From an uncultured Chloroflexia bacterium (GTDB taxonomy: Bacteria; Chloroflexota; Limnocylindria; Limnocylindrales; CSP1-4), in contig OY969796.1 in NCBI GenBank assembly GCA_963703155.1, positions 3,175,652-3,239,651 of the forward strand: a DNA stretch of 64,000 nt, written 5' to 3'. Under the pieces are notes generated by a model. It made no database searches. It was not told where the DNA came from and saw nothing but the letters and a program-made list of their open reading frames with translations. Position 1 is the stretch's first letter, and each line of letters starts with the position of its first letter. This document shows, one piece after another, positions 31,573 to 41,710 of the stretch. A program made the position numbers and the translations under genes.

Positions 31573-33522
31573 CTATTCCTCCTCGACTCGCCGGACCTCG
31601 CGCCGCGCGCCGGCCCCCTGGGTGATGCGGTCGAGCATCACGCCCAGGAGCACGATGGCAATGGCCGCGGCGAAGCCGACGCCGAAGTCCGTTCCCTGCA
31701 CCAGCCCCTGCACAACCCGGTAGCCGAGCGCCTGGCCGCCGACCAGGCCGCCCACGACGACCATCGCGAGGATCAGCACGACCCCCTGGTTCGTGGCCGC
31801 CAGCAGCGACCGCCGGGCCATGGGCAGCTGGACCTTGGTGATGACCTGGAGCGGAGTCGAGCCCGCGGACTCCGCCGCCTCGGTGGTGGTGGCCGACACG
31901 CCGCGGACGCCGTCCTCGACCAGTCGGATCACCGCCGGGATCGCATAGATGACGGCGGCCAGGATCGCCGTGAAGCGCGACGGCCCGAACAGGGCGAGGG
32001 CGGGGATGAGGTACACGAATGCGGGCATCGTCTGGAGCGCGTCGTTGATCGGGCGGACGATCTGCGAGACCAGGCTTGAGCGGGCGGCCAAGGTCCCGAT
32101 CACCACGCCCACGGCCATCGCGATCGCGACGCCGAACAGCACCTGGGTCAGCGTCTCCATCGCCGGCTCCCAGACCTGGAGCGCCACCACGAGCAGGCCC
32201 GCCAGGACGACCACGACCGCCGCGCGGCGGCCCGTGATGATCAGGGCGAGGCCCGAGGCCAGACCAATGACGAGCCAGAACGGCGACGCCGTCAGCGCGG
32301 TCTGGAGCAGGTCGATCACCCAGCCGCTGGCCGTGTCCTTGACCCAGCTGGTGAGCCACGCGAAGTTGGTGGTGAGCCAGGTGACGAACGCGTTGACCGG
32401 ATCGGCGAAGGAGAGGCTCAGACCGGTCGGGAACTCGTGCCCCCAGGGCTGCGTGATGCCCAGGGCCACGCCCACGACCGCGATCGCCCCTCCCACCGCC
32501 GCCATCTGCCGGTGGGAGGCCTTGGTCACGCGCTCCGCGCCGGTGTGGCGGCGGTCCGAGACCTGGCTCGCGCTCGCCGTGAGCCGGTCGAGGACCATGG
32601 CCAGCAGGACGATGGCGAGGCCCGCATCGAACGAGCCGCCCACATCCTGGATCTCGAGGGCCTTGAGCAGCTTCTCGCCCAGGCCGCCCGCGCCGACGAA
32701 GGCGGTGATGACCACCATCGAGAGCGCCATCATGATCGTCTGGTTGACCGCCAGGCCGATCGTGGTGCGCGCCATCGGCATCTGGACCTTGCGCAGGACC
32801 TGTCGGCCGGTCGAGCCGAGCGAGGTGGCCGCCTCGACCGTCTCGGCCGGGACGCCGCGGATGCCCAGCGCGGTGAGGCGGATGGCGGGCGGGATGGCGT
32901 AGATCATCGTCGCGATCGTCGCCGTCCCGTTGCCGATGAAGAACAGGATCGTCAGCGGGACGAGGTACGCGAACGTGGGCATGATCTGCATCAGGTCCAG
33001 GATCGGCGTCACCACGCGGAGCACGCGGTCGCTGCGGCCGGCCAGAATCCCGATCGGGATGCCGACGACCAGCGACAGGGCGACGGCCACGATCATCTGG
33101 CCGAGCGTGGTCATGGTCGGGTCCCACAGGCCGAGCAGCCCGATCATCACCAGCGCCAGGGCTGCGGCCAGCCCGGTCCGCCAGGTCACGAACACGAAGC
33201 CGAGCGCCCCGGCGATGGCGGTGATGCCGAGCCAGCCGAGCGTCGTCAGCCAGTCGGTCACGAAACCCACGAGCCCCGCTGTGCCGGTCCGGATGGGCGT
33301 GAAGAAGAGCGTGAAGTACCACTCGTTGTGGTGCAGCGCCATCCAGTTCTTGAAGTCGGTCAGGGCCTGGAACAGCGGCGTCTGCGAATCGAACGGCAGC
33401 GTCATCGTGTCGTGGAGCAGCGCGAACAGGACGGCGAATGCCGCGAGCAGGAGCGCAACGGCCTGGGGCTTGGTGATCCGGGGTCGCATCGGTCGCCGGG
33501 CGGCAACCGCGAGCGTTGTCAC
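31573..33522 (-). CDS. proW: fused tandem ProW/OpuAB-type ABC permease (two permease domains in one about 650-aa protein)
   Basis: GTG start overlaps proV stop (GTGA; alternative ATG 33489); two successive permease units each with the EAA-like loop ([20 protein letters not shown] and [20 protein letters not shown]). Confidence 0.75.
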   Translation of the reverse strand: MTTLAVAARRPMRPRITKPQAVALLLAAFAVLFALLHDTMTLPFDSQTPLFQALTDFKNWMALHHNEWYFTLFFTPIRTGTAGLVGFVTDWLTTLGWLGITAIAGALGFVFVTWRTGLAAALALVMIGLLGLWDPTMTTLGQMIVAVALSLVVGIPIGILAGRSDRVLRVVTPILDLMQIMPTFAYLVPLTILFFIGNGTATIATMIYAIPPAIRLTALGIRGVPAETVEAATSLGSTGRQVLRKVQMPMARTTIGLAVNQTIMMALSMVVITAFVGAGGLGEKLLKALEIQDVGGSFDAGLAIVLLAMVLDRLTASASQVSDRRHTGAERVTKASHRQMAAVGGAIAVVGVALGITQPWGHEFPTGLSLSFADPVNAFVTWLTTNFAWLTSWVKDTASGWVIDLLQTALTASPFWLVIGLASGLALIITGRRAAVVVVLAGLLVVALQVWEPAMETLTQVLFGVAIAMAVGVVIGTLAARSSLVSQIVRPINDALQTMPAFVYLIPALALFGPSRFTAILAAVIYAIPAVIRLVEDGVRGVSATTTEAAESAGSTPLQVITKVQLPMARRSLLAATNQGVVLILAMVVVGGLVGGQALGYRVVQGLVQGTDFGVGFAAAIAIVLLGVMLDRITQGAGARREVRRVEEE

Positions 33523-34616
33523 GCCTCCGACTCGGTGCCCGCGATGGCCGACAGGATCAGCCGCCGGTCTACCATGCCCACCAGCCTCCCGTCGTCGACA
33601 ACTCTGACCGGGGCGTCCGCGGTGGCTGCAGCGTGGACCGCGGTGCGGATGACGGCGGTCGAGGGGAACTCGGGGCCGTCGAGGCGGTCGTCCGGGCGCA
33701 CCTCGCGCATGATCCAGCCAAGCGTGAGGACGTACGACTTGGGGACGTCCTGGACGAAGTCGGCCACGTAGTCGTCGGCGGGGGCGCCCACGATCTCCTC
33801 GGGCCGGCCGATCTGGACGATCTCGCCCGCCCGCATGATCGCGACGTGGTCGCCCAGCTTGAGCGCCTCGGCGAGGTCGTGGGTGATGAAGATCATCGTC
33901 TTGCCCACCTCGTGGTGGAGCCGGATGACCTCGTTCTGCATGTCCCGCCGGATGAGCGGGTCGAGCGCGCTGAACGGCTCGTCGAACAGCATGACCTCGG
34001 GGTCCACCGCGAGCGCCCGGGCCAGGCCCACCCGCTGCTGCATGCCGCCCGAGAGCTGGTCCGGGTAGCGCATCTCCTGGCCCTCGAGGCCGACGAGCGA
34101 GAGCATGTGGGCCGCCTTGTCGCGGCGCGCCTTCTTGGGCTCGCCGCGGATCTCCAGGCCGAACGCCACGTTGTCGATCACCCGCCGGTGAGGCAGCAGG
34201 CCGAAGTGCTGGAACACCATGGAGAACCGGTGGCGGCGCAGCTCCCGGAGGCGGGCCTGGGACGCCTTGCCGATGTCCTCCTTGTCCAGGAGCACCTCGC
34301 CCGCGGTGGGCTCGATGAGGCGCGTGAGGCAGCGGATGAGCGTGGACTTGCCCGAGCCGGACAGGCCCATCACCACGAACACCTCGCCCGGGCGGACGTC
34401 GAAGCTCACGTCGCGGACGGCCACGTTCGAGCCGGTGGCGAGTCGCAGCTCGTCCCGCGGGAGCTCGGCGAGGGCCGTGCCGATGATCTTGTGCTCGCCG
34501 GGCCCGAAGATCTTCCACAGGCCCTTGACCGAGATCGCCGTCTGGGCGACGGGCTCCTGCGCCGCAGCGAGGCGGGCCTGCGCGAACGGTCCAGGGGCGG
34601 GGAAGGTGGCGGTCAT
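33519..34616 (-). CDS. proV: glycine betaine/proline ABC transporter ATP-binding protein with C-terminal CBS pair (ProV/OpuAA)
   Basis: Walker [19 protein letters not shown], Walker [13 protein letters not shown]-terminal CBS domains. Confidence 0.85.
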   Translation of the reverse strand: MTATFPAPGPFAQARLAAAQEPVAQTAISVKGLWKIFGPGEHKIIGTALAELPRDELRLATGSNVAVRDVSFDVRPGEVFVVMGLSGSGKSTLIRCLTRLIEPTAGEVLLDKEDIGKASQARLRELRRHRFSMVFQHFGLLPHRRVIDNVAFGLEIRGEPKKARRDKAAHMLSLVGLEGQEMRYPDQLSGGMQQRVGLARALAVDPEVMLFDEPFSALDPLIRRDMQNEVIRLHHEVGKTMIFITHDLAEALKLGDHVAIMRAGEIVQIGRPEEIVGAPADDYVADFVQDVPKSYVLTLGWIMREVRPDDRLDGPEFPSTAVIRTAVHAAATADAPVRVVDDGRLVGMVDRRLILSAIAGTESEA

Positions 34617-34782
34617 GCCCGTGAGCCCCGACAGGTCTCCGGCGGTGTGTGGGCGAGAGACACGAGGTCAGCTCCTCCATGGAATGCGTCGCCCCGCTCC
34701 CGGGCGACGAAGCGCACAGAGTAGGCGCTGACGGCCAGGAGCGTCAGGCTCGTTGTGCAGGCCGCGTTGGTCCTGCCGCGGG

Positions 34783-35574
34783 TCATGCCGCCCCCCTCCG
34801 GTCGCGCCAGCCGAGCCTGCGCCCGATCTCGTCGCCCGCCGCCATCACGGCCGCGGCAACGGCCTCGAACCGATCCGGGCCCAGCCGGTACGAGGGGCCA
34901 GACGCGCTGACCGCGGCCACCACGGCGCCGTCGTGGCCGCGGATGGGCGCCGCGATCGCATTGAGCCCCACCTCCAGCTCTTCGCGCGTGGAGGCCCAGC
35001 CGGACGCCGCCACGCCGGCAAGCTCGCGCTCGAGGGCGGAGCGGTCGGTGATGGTCGTCGGCGTGAAGCGCTCCAGCGGTCGGGCCAGCAGGCGGGCGCG
35101 CTCCGCGGGGTCGGAGGAGGACAGCAGCACCTTGCCGCTCGAGGTGGCGTGGAGCGGGGTCCGCTGGCCCACCCAGTTCTGGGTCGCGACGGTGGCGCCG
35201 CCGAGCACCTGGTCCAGGTTGACCACCGCATCGCCCTCGAGGCGGGCCACGTTGACGGTCTCCCCCACCTCGGCGGCCAGGCGGCGCGAGACGGGCCGGC
35301 TCTGCTCCACCAGGTCGAGGCGTCCGGCGGTGGCGCCAGCGAGACGGACGATCCCGAAGCCGAGGCGGTAGCGCCCGCGCTCGCTGACCTGCTCCACGAG
35401 GCCGCGGGCCTCGAGCACGGCGAGCAGCCGGTGGGCGGTGCTCTTGTGCACGCCCAGGGCCGCGGCCAAGTCGGTCACGGCTCCGTCCTCGCGCTCGGCG
35501 AGGTACTCGAGCACGTCGATGGCGCGGTCCACCGACTGGATCACGGCCGGCACCTCGAGGCGGCCCTCAGCCAT
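34783..35574 (-). CDS. IclR-family transcriptional regulator (last gene of corrinoid methyltransferase operon)
   Basis: ATG 35574 inside longer track ORF; HTH plus IclR effector domain; start overlaps upstream gene stop. Confidence 0.8.
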   Translation of the reverse strand: MAEGRLEVPAVIQSVDRAIDVLEYLAEREDGAVTDLAAALGVHKSTAHRLLAVLEARGLVEQVSERGRYRLGFGIVRLAGATAGRLDLVEQSRPVSRRLAAEVGETVNVARLEGDAVVNLDQVLGGATVATQNWVGQRTPLHATSSGKVLLSSSDPAERARLLARPLERFTPTTITDRSALERELAGVAASGWASTREELEVGLNAIAAPIRGHDGAVVAAVSASGPSYRLGPDRFEAVAAAVMAAGDEIGRRLGWRDRRGAA

Positions 35575-36106
35575 GCCCGGCCCCCGCTCCCCCGGCGACC
35601 CCGGACGACAGCGCCGCGACGGCTTCCGCCAGTGATGCCAAGTGCCCGGCGTCGTGGCGCAGGACCTCGCCCAGAAGCCCCACCGCGTCCAGTTCACCGA
35701 ACCTGGCGTGGACCCCCGTGCAGCGCAGGGCGGCCTCGTCCATCGCCGCGACGGTCTCCACCACCTTGGCCCGAGCGGCGCAGAAGGCTTCGGACGCCTC
35801 GTCCGGGCTCGGGTCGGGTCGCCCGGCGAGGTCTGGCTCCGTCCACGGCCAGGACGGGTGGTCGTGCGCCGCCAGCTGGCGGAAGCGCGGCGTCCAGACC
35901 TCGGCGTCGACCGCCGCCAGGTGGACGACGATCCGGACCGGCGTCCAGCCGCCGTCAGGCCCCGGCGCGGTCGCCGCGTCGCCCAGCCTGTGGAGCATCG
36001 CGCCCGCCCACTCCGCCGCCTCACGCAGCGCGGGCACGAGGGCGGCCACGTCGGCAGCGCGGTTGGCGGCTCGTCCGTCGTCAGGGTCCGGGGCGGCCAG
36101 CGGCAT
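35567..36106 (-). CDS. DinB/YfiT-like (TIGR03083-type) putative metal-binding protein
   Basis: 179 aa from ATG 36106; DinB_2-like helical bundle with His-containing motifs (HLAAVDAEV, HDHPSW, HDAGHLASL); 2 bp after MttB stop. Confidence 0.45.
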   Translation of the reverse strand: MPLAAPDPDDGRAANRAADVAALVPALREAAEWAGAMLHRLGDAATAPGPDGGWTPVRIVVHLAAVDAEVWTPRFRQLAAHDHPSWPWTEPDLAGRPDPSPDEASEAFCAARAKVVETVAAMDEAALRCTGVHARFGELDAVGLLGEVLRHDAGHLASLAEAVAALSSGVAGGAGAGHG

Positions 36107-36108
36107 CG

Positions 36109-37650
36109 TCACTCCGCCGCGTCGGGCATGGACGCCTTCCGGCGCGCGATGAAGTCGAGGAGCGCCTCGTCCACCGCGGGGTCGATCGCCGGCGCCTCGT
36201 AGTCGGCGAGCATCTTCTTCCAGACTCGATTGGCGCGCGCCCGGGCGTCGAGCTCGCCGTCCTCGAGCCACTGCTCGTAGCTGTTGTTGTCGGCGATCTC
36301 CGAGCGGTAGAACGCGGTCTCGAAGTTGGCGAGGGTGTGCGCGGTGCCCAGGAAGTGCTGGCCCGGGCCGTTCTCGCGGATCGCGTCGAGCGCCTGCCCG
36401 TTCTCCGAGAGGTCCACGCCCTTGGCGAACACGCTCATCATCCCGAGCTGGTCGGCGTCCATGACGAACTTCTCGTAGCCGATCGTCAGGCCGCCCTCGA
36501 GCCAGCCCGCGGCGTGGAGGACGAAGTTCGTCCCGGCGAGGACCGTGGGCTGGAGCGTCGCCGCCGACTCATAGGCCGCCTGCGCGTCCTCGATCTTGGA
36601 CGCGGTCAGGCTGCCGCCGGAGCGGAACGGGACGCCGAGACGGCGGGCGAGCGCCGCCATCGTGTACAGCACCAGCGCGGGCTCCGGCGTGCCGAAGGTG
36701 GGCGCGCCCGACTGCATCGACATCGAGCTCGCGAAGGAGCCCAGGATCACCGGCGCCCCGGGGCGCACGAGCTGGGCGAGGGTCATGCCGCCGAGCGCCT
36801 CGGCGAGAGTCTGGGCGGCGACGCCGGCGGAGGTCACCGGGGCCATGGCGCCCGCCAGGATGAACGGCGTGACGATGCACGCCTGGTTCGCCGCCGCGTA
36901 GGTCCGCAGCGCGCCGAGCATCGTCGCGTCCCAGACGAGCGGCGAGTTGGCGTTGATGAGGCTGGTGACGACCGCGTTCTGGTCGACGAACTCCGCGCCG
37001 AACACGATCTTGGCCATCTCGACGGTGTCGGCGGCGCGCTCGGGCGCGGTGACCGAGCCCATGAACGGCTTGTCCGAGTACCGGATGTGGGCGTAGACCA
37101 TGTCGAGGTGGCGCTTGTTGACGGCGACGTCAGTGGGCTCGCAGACCGTGCCGCCCGAGTGGTGGAGGTTCGGCGAGGCGTAGGCGAGCTTGACGAAGTT
37201 CTCGAAGTCCTCGAGCGTCGCGTACCGCCGACCGCCCTCAAGGTCCCGCACGAACGGCGAGCCGTAATTGGGCGCGAAGACCGTGTTCATCCCACCGATC
37301 GTCACGCTGCGCTCGGGGTTCCGGGCGTACTGGACGTAGGTGCGCGGGGCGCTGGCCTGGACGATCGAGCGGCACAGGCCGGCCGGGAATCGGACCCGCT
37401 CGCCGTTGACATCGGCGCCGGCGTCGCGCAGCAGGCGGAGCGCCTCCGGATCACCGCGGAACTCGAGGCCCACCTCCTGGAGGATGACGTCGGCGTTGTG
37501 CTCGATGAGCGAGAGGCCCTCCTCGGAGAGCACCTCGAACGGCGCCATGGTCCGGGTGAGGAACGGGGCGCGCGCCACGGCCGAATGGGCACGGGCCGCC
37601 TGGCGCCCGGCACGACCGCCGCTGCGCCGGCCGTGGAGATCGTCGGTCAT
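36109..37650 (-). CDS. MttB-superfamily (trimethylamine methyltransferase family, non-pyrrolysine) substrate:corrinoid methyltransferase; MtgB-like, predicted glycine betaine or related quaternary amine
   Basis: 513 aa uninterrupted (no in-frame amber); Arg-rich N-terminus RRSGGRAGRQAARA typical of non-Pyl MttB homologues; TIM-barrel family sequence; ATGA coupling to upstream gene. Confidence 0.75.
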   Translation of the reverse strand: MTDDLHGRRSGGRAGRQAARAHSAVARAPFLTRTMAPFEVLSEEGLSLIEHNADVILQEVGLEFRGDPEALRLLRDAGADVNGERVRFPAGLCRSIVQASAPRTYVQYARNPERSVTIGGMNTVFAPNYGSPFVRDLEGGRRYATLEDFENFVKLAYASPNLHHSGGTVCEPTDVAVNKRHLDMVYAHIRYSDKPFMGSVTAPERAADTVEMAKIVFGAEFVDQNAVVTSLINANSPLVWDATMLGALRTYAAANQACIVTPFILAGAMAPVTSAGVAAQTLAEALGGMTLAQLVRPGAPVILGSFASSMSMQSGAPTFGTPEPALVLYTMAALARRLGVPFRSGGSLTASKIEDAQAAYESAATLQPTVLAGTNFVLHAAGWLEGGLTIGYEKFVMDADQLGMMSVFAKGVDLSENGQALDAIRENGPGQHFLGTAHTLANFETAFYRSEIADNNSYEQWLEDGELDARARANRVWKKMLADYEAPAIDPAVDEALLDFIARRKASMPDAAE

Positions 37651-39686
37651 CGTTCCTCCTCGTGGGCGGCGACGGGCTGGCGCCGCCGGCGTCGTTCGGT
37701 TCGCTCGTCCCGGCCCGCACGGCCCGCCGCCGGCCGCGCCGGCAGCTCCACCACGCGCCCGAGGTTGGGGTACGCAGCGGTCCTGTGCGGGATCGCCAGC
37801 GCATCGACGAAGTGCTCCTGGAAGCGCGGCTCGATCGCGGTCTCGAGCTTGTTGACCTCGCGGACCACGGTCTCGATCTCGCGCCGCGCCGCGCCCGACA
37901 GCAGCGCGATCAGGGCGCCGGCGCCCGCGGCGTTGCCCGCCGACCCCACCCGCGCGAGGTCACAGTCGGGCACCAGGCCCAGCACCATGGCGTGCGTCGT
38001 GTCGATGTGGCTCCCGAAGGCGCCCGCGAGGCGGACCTCGTCGACCGCGTCCACGCCGTAGGCGTCCATCAGCAGCCGCGCCCCCGCGTACAGGGCGGCC
38101 TTGGCGAGCTGGATCGCGCGAACGTCGTTCTGGGTGACGAGGACGCGCGGCTCGCCCTCGTGCAGGACGTAGCTGAAGGTGCGCCCGTCGGCGATCACGC
38201 GGGGTGTCCTTGCGGCCAGCGACCCGTCGATGATCCCGTCAGCGGTGATGACCCCCGCGAGGAACAGCTCCGCGATCACCTCGATGATCCCCGAGCCGCA
38301 GATGCCGGTGATCCCGGTGTCGGCAGTGACCTCGGCGAAGCCCGGCTCGTCGGACCACAGCGTGGAGCCGATGACACGGAAGCGCGGCTCGAGCGTTCCG
38401 CGGTCGATGCGGACGCGCTCGATGGCGCCCGGCGCGGCGCGCTGCCCGGACGAGATCTGCGCGCCCTCGAACGCCGGCCCCGTGGGGCTGGACGCCGCGA
38501 GCAGGCGGTGGCGGTTGCCCAGCACGAGCTCCGCGTTCGTCCCCACGTCCACGATGAGCGTGACGGCCTCTGCGAGGTGCGGCTGCTCGGAGAGGATCAC
38601 GCCGGCGGTGTCGGCGCCCACGTGCCCGGCGATGCAGGGCAGCACGTAGACGCGGGCGCCCGGGTGGACGCCGAGCCTGAGCTCCGCAGCGGTGGTGTGG
38701 ACGGCGCGCTCGGTCGCCAGCGTGAACGGCGCCTGGCCCAGCGGCGTCGGGTCGAGGCCCAGCACGAGGTGGTGCATGATCGGGTTGCCGACGAGCGCGA
38801 TCTCGAGGATCTCCTCGCGCTCCACGCCGGCGGTCGTCGCCAGGCTGCCGATCAGCTCCCGCAGCGCCGTGCGCACTGCCGTGGTCATCTCGGCCGCGCC
38901 CCGCTCGTGGAGCATGGCGTACGAGACCCGGCTCATCAGGTCCTCGCCAAAGCGGATCTGGGGGTTCATCACGCCGGCCGACGCGAGGACGGTCCCGTCG
39001 AGCAGGCTTGCCAGGTGCGCCGCGATGGTGGTCGACCCGATGTCGACCGCCACGCCGTACGCGCGGTCGCGGAACCCTGGCCACGCGGCGATCAGCGTGT
39101 GGCCGTCGTGGACGGCGACCGTCACCTTGCCGGCGCCCGCCTCGACCGCGGCCTGGAGCGCGCGCGTCGCCGCAAGGTCGGCATCGAGCGTCTCGATCCC
39201 CCACTCCCGCGCCAGCGCCTGCTGCACGCGCACGAGGTCAGAGGCGGGCGAGGCGAGGTCTGGCAGCGCGGCCTCGACGTAGTGGAGCCTCGTGACCGGG
39301 TCGAGCTCGAACGGGCGGACCTCGAGCTCCTTGCGGACCACCTGGCGGTGCACCTGCGAGGCGGCCGGCACGTCGATGACGGCGTCACCCAGCAGGCCAG
39401 CCGTGCAGGCGAGCCGGCGCTTGGGCGCCAGGCCCTTGCGCGCGGCGTAGTCGGCCTCCACCGCGTCGGGCGCCGACACGTTGGCCGGGGCCGAGGTGAT
39501 GCCGTGCTTGGGGAACTCGCCGACGCTCTGCTCCACCTGGCAGCGGCCGCAGATCCCCCGCCCGCCGCACACCGAATCGATGTCCACGCCCAGCTTGCGG
39601 GCCGCGTCGAGCACGGTCGTGCCCACGGGGAAGTGCCCCCGGCGGCCCGAGGGCGTGAAGATCAGCAGGGGATCGGGCGATCCCAC
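37647..39686 (-). CDS. corrinoid reductive activation protein (N-terminal 2Fe-2S ferredoxin + ASKHA/DUF4445 ATPase; RamA/RACo-like)
   Basis: Plant-type ferredoxin Cys pattern CGGRGICGRCQ...C; large ASKHA-like ATPase body; coordinates taken from ORF track (the printed sequence appears off by one base in this region by my count). Confidence 0.7.
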   Translation of the reverse strand: MGSPDPLLIFTPSGRRGHFPVGTTVLDAARKLGVDIDSVCGGRGICGRCQVEQSVGEFPKHGITSAPANVSAPDAVEADYAARKGLAPKRRLACTAGLLGDAVIDVPAASQVHRQVVRKELEVRPFELDPVTRLHYVEAALPDLASPASDLVRVQQALAREWGIETLDADLAATRALQAAVEAGAGKVTVAVHDGHTLIAAWPGFRDRAYGVAVDIGSTTIAAHLASLLDGTVLASAGVMNPQIRFGEDLMSRVSYAMLHERGAAEMTTAVRTALRELIGSLATTAGVEREEILEIALVGNPIMHHLVLGLDPTPLGQAPFTLATERAVHTTAAELRLGVHPGARVYVLPCIAGHVGADTAGVILSEQPHLAEAVTLIVDVGTNAELVLGNRHRLLAASSPTGPAFEGAQISSGQRAAPGAIERVRIDRGTLEPRFRVIGSTLWSDEPGFAEVTADTGITGICGSGIIEVIAELFLAGVITADGIIDGSLAARTPRVIADGRTFSYVLHEGEPRVLVTQNDVRAIQLAKAALYAGARLLMDAYGVDAVDEVRLAGAFGSHIDTTHAMVLGLVPDCDLARVGSAGNAAGAGALIALLSGAARREIETVVREVNKLETAIEPRFQEHFVDALAIPHRTAAYPNLGRVVELPARPAAGRAGRDERTERRRRRQPVAAHEEER

Positions 39687-39699
39687 GACCGGCTCGGCC

Positions 39700-40611
39700 T
39701 CAGCCAGCCGCGACCGCGGACCGGCGCTTGTTCACGCGCCGCTCGCGACCATCAGCCGCCTCGGCATTGGGATCCCGGTTGGCGCGGATCCAGGCGGCGG
39801 CGTCAGCGTCGTTGCCCAGCAGCACGTCGGCGGCCATGATGGCCTTGCGGACGTCGGGCAGCAGCGGGTTGGTGATCGCCGAGGTCAGGCCGTTGCTGAT
39901 GGCCATGGCCAGGAACGCCGAGTTGATCCCCTCGCGGGCCGGCAGGCCGAAGCTGACATTCGACGCGCCGCAGGTGGTGTTCACCTTGAGCTCGTCGCGC
40001 AGGCGGTTGAGCAGCGCGAACACCTGGCGGCCGGCGGTGCGCATGGCGCCGATGGGCATGACCAGCGGGTCCACGATCACGTCCTCGCGCGGAATCCCGT
40101 GGTCGGCGGCGCGCTCGACGATCCGCTTGGCCACGGCGAACCGCACGTCGGGGTCGATGGAGATGCCGGTGTCGTCGTTGGAGATGGCCACCACCGCCGC
40201 GCCGTACTTCTTCACCAGCGGCAGGACGCGCTCCATGCGCTCCTCCTCGCCGGTGACCGAGTTGACCAGCGCCTTTCCCTGGTAGACCGAGAGCCCGGCC
40301 TCGAGCGCGTCCATGATCGACGAGTCGATCGAGAGCGGCAGGTCGGTCAGCGACTGGACGAGCTTGACGGTGCGGGCCAGGATCCCGGGCTCGTCGGCGA
40401 GCGGGATGCCGGCGTTGACGTCGAGCATGTGGGCGCCGGCCTCGACCTGGGCCAGCACGTCGCGCTCCACTCGGCTGAAGTCGCCGTTGCGCATCTCCTC
40501 GCCCAGCAGCTTGCGGCCGGTGGGGTTGATCCGCTCGCCGATGACCACGAACGGGAGGTCACCGCTGATGACCACCTCGCGGGTCGCCGAGCTGATGACG
40601 GTGCGGGTCAT
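39700..40611 (-). CDS. pterin-binding methyltransferase (MtrH/MtgA-like methylcorrinoid:tetrahydrofolate methyltransferase)
   Basis: 303 aa TIM-barrel pterin-binding (DHPS-like) pattern; ATGA coupling with upstream small gene. Confidence 0.6.
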   Translation of the reverse strand: MTRTVISSATREVVISGDLPFVVIGERINPTGRKLLGEEMRNGDFSRVERDVLAQVEAGAHMLDVNAGIPLADEPGILARTVKLVQSLTDLPLSIDSSIMDALEAGLSVYQGKALVNSVTGEEERMERVLPLVKKYGAAVVAISNDDTGISIDPDVRFAVAKRIVERAADHGIPREDVIVDPLVMPIGAMRTAGRQVFALLNRLRDELKVNTTCGASNVSFGLPAREGINSAFLAMAISNGLTSAITNPLLPDVRKAIMAADVLLGNDADAAAWIRANRDPNAEAADGRERRVNKRRSAVAAG

Positions 40612-40958
40612 GGGGCCTCCGTGGGGACTGGCGCCGGGGATGCGGTCGGCGTGGCGGGCGGGGCGGCCTCGAAACCGCGGTTGGCGGTGAGCGCAGCGAG
40701 GCGCGCCCGGGGGAATTCGGCTTCGATGCGGGCGACCTCGGCGGCCACCTCCGCCTCCAGGTCCTCACCGCAGGGCCGGCTGGTTCGGCGCCACTCGGCG
40801 AGGTACTCGTCCATGTCCTTCTTGCCGGCCCTGGTGGCGGCCTTGTCGATGGCCATCTGGAACCGGAGCGGCAGCATCGCCTTGGCCGTGCGGCGGCTCT
40901 CCTTGGCCGTGACCTGGGCCGGGATGTCGCGCCACGAGATCAGCGTGAGGGTGGCCAT
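40608..40958 (-). CDS. small conserved accessory protein ('virulence factor'-family-like) of corrinoid methyltransferase clusters
   Basis: 116 aa; translationally coupled on both sides; position between DUF1638 and MtrH-like genes as in alphaproteobacterial MttB clusters (family name from memory). Confidence 0.4.
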   Translation of the reverse strand: MATLTLISWRDIPAQVTAKESRRTAKAMLPLRFQMAIDKAATRAGKKDMDEYLAEWRRTSRPCGEDLEAEVAAEVARIEAEFPRARLAALTANRGFEAAPPATPTASPAPVPTEAP

Positions 40959-41710
40959 CAGGCGACGGCCTCGTCCGGGTCGTCTGCGGCGTCCGGGGCG
41001 GTCGTTCCCGGGTCCGCGTCCCTCCCCGCGCCGTCCGCGTCGGCCACCCCGCGCCCGTCGCCTGCCTTCACGGCCAGTCCGCCGGCCAGCCCCGCAATCG
41101 CGGTGCCAAGCTCGCCATACCCCGTGGGCCGATGCTCGAACGCCAGTCCCAGCCGGACGGCCGCCCGGCGCGCCATGTCCAGGACCTCGGGGTCGTCGTG
41201 CTGGGAGAGGTAGACCACCCGCTGGTAGCCCGCGAAGTACACGGGCAGCAGCTCCGGGTGGCGGTCGAGCCCGAGGCCGCGGACCACCAGCGCATCGAAG
41301 CTGCGCGCCAGGAAGTCCGTCAGGTAGAAGGTGCCCGGCTCCTCAGCCGCGAGTGCCGTGAACGCTGCGAGGCCCGTGAACGCGGCATAGCAGTGGGCGC
41401 CCGGCAGGCGGTCGGCGCCATGCTTGGCCAGCACCGTGTCCAGCGCGCCGCCTGTGCCGCAGTCCGCGTAGGCCACGAACACCCGGTCGTAGCCCGCGCC
41501 GAGCTCCGAGAGCTTCGCGTCGACCGCGGGCGCGATCTGCTCCGGCCGGTTGTGGAGCTGCGCGGGCAGGCAGCGCACGTCGACGGCCGCGGCCAGCCCG
41601 TTGCGCTCGACGAGCTCGAGCAGCTCGCGGGCGAGCGCACCACAGCCCACGACGAGCGTGGGGGCGTGGGCGGCAGGGGACGCGCCGGGCTGGCGCCCGC
41701 GATCGGTCAC
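40958..41710 (-). CDS. DUF1638-domain protein
   Basis: 250 aa; GTG start in GTGA overlap with corrinoid protein stop; conserved YADCGTGG...PGAHCY pattern. Confidence 0.5.
   Translation of the reverse strand: MTDRGRQPGASPAAHAPTLVVGCGALARELLELVERNGLAAAVDVRCLPAQLHNRPEQIAPAVDAKLSELGAGYDRVFVAYADCGTGGALDTVLAKHGADRLPGAHCYAAFTGLAAFTALAAEEPGTFYLTDFLARSFDALVVRGLGLDRHPELLPVYFAGYQRVVYLSQHDDPEVLDMARRAAVRLGLAFEHRPTGYGELGTAIAGLAGGLAVKAGDGRGVADADGAGRDADPGTTAPDAADDPDEAVA

Noticed and set aside
31385-33322. 645-aa minus-strand ORF in alternative frame of the proW permease
   Set aside because: Same strand but an off-frame read of a gene with clear ABC-permease hydrophobic pattern; Arg/Gly/Asp-rich, not membrane-like.
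34617-34782. CTGACG-N8-CGTCAG inverted repeat between proV start and the IclR gene end
   Set aside because: Only 6-bp arms in GC-rich DNA; could be a weak terminator or operator but not distinguishable from chance.
36109-37650. Possible pyrrolysine (in-frame amber) in the MttB-family gene
   Set aside because: The ORF is uninterrupted over 513 codons, so it is a non-Pyl member.
34753-38061. 1102-aa plus-strand ORF across the corrinoid operon
   Set aside because: Antisense to IclR, DinB-like, MttB and RACo genes that have strong independent support; extreme Arg/Pro/Gly content.
39650-39705. Apparent frame inconsistency of the RACo and MtgA-like genes when hand-indexing the printed sequence
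   Set aside because: My manual position count is off by one base relative to the ORF track only in this stretch, and translations match the track elsewhere; attributed to my reading of the sequence text, so track coordinates were kept and no frameshift is claimed.
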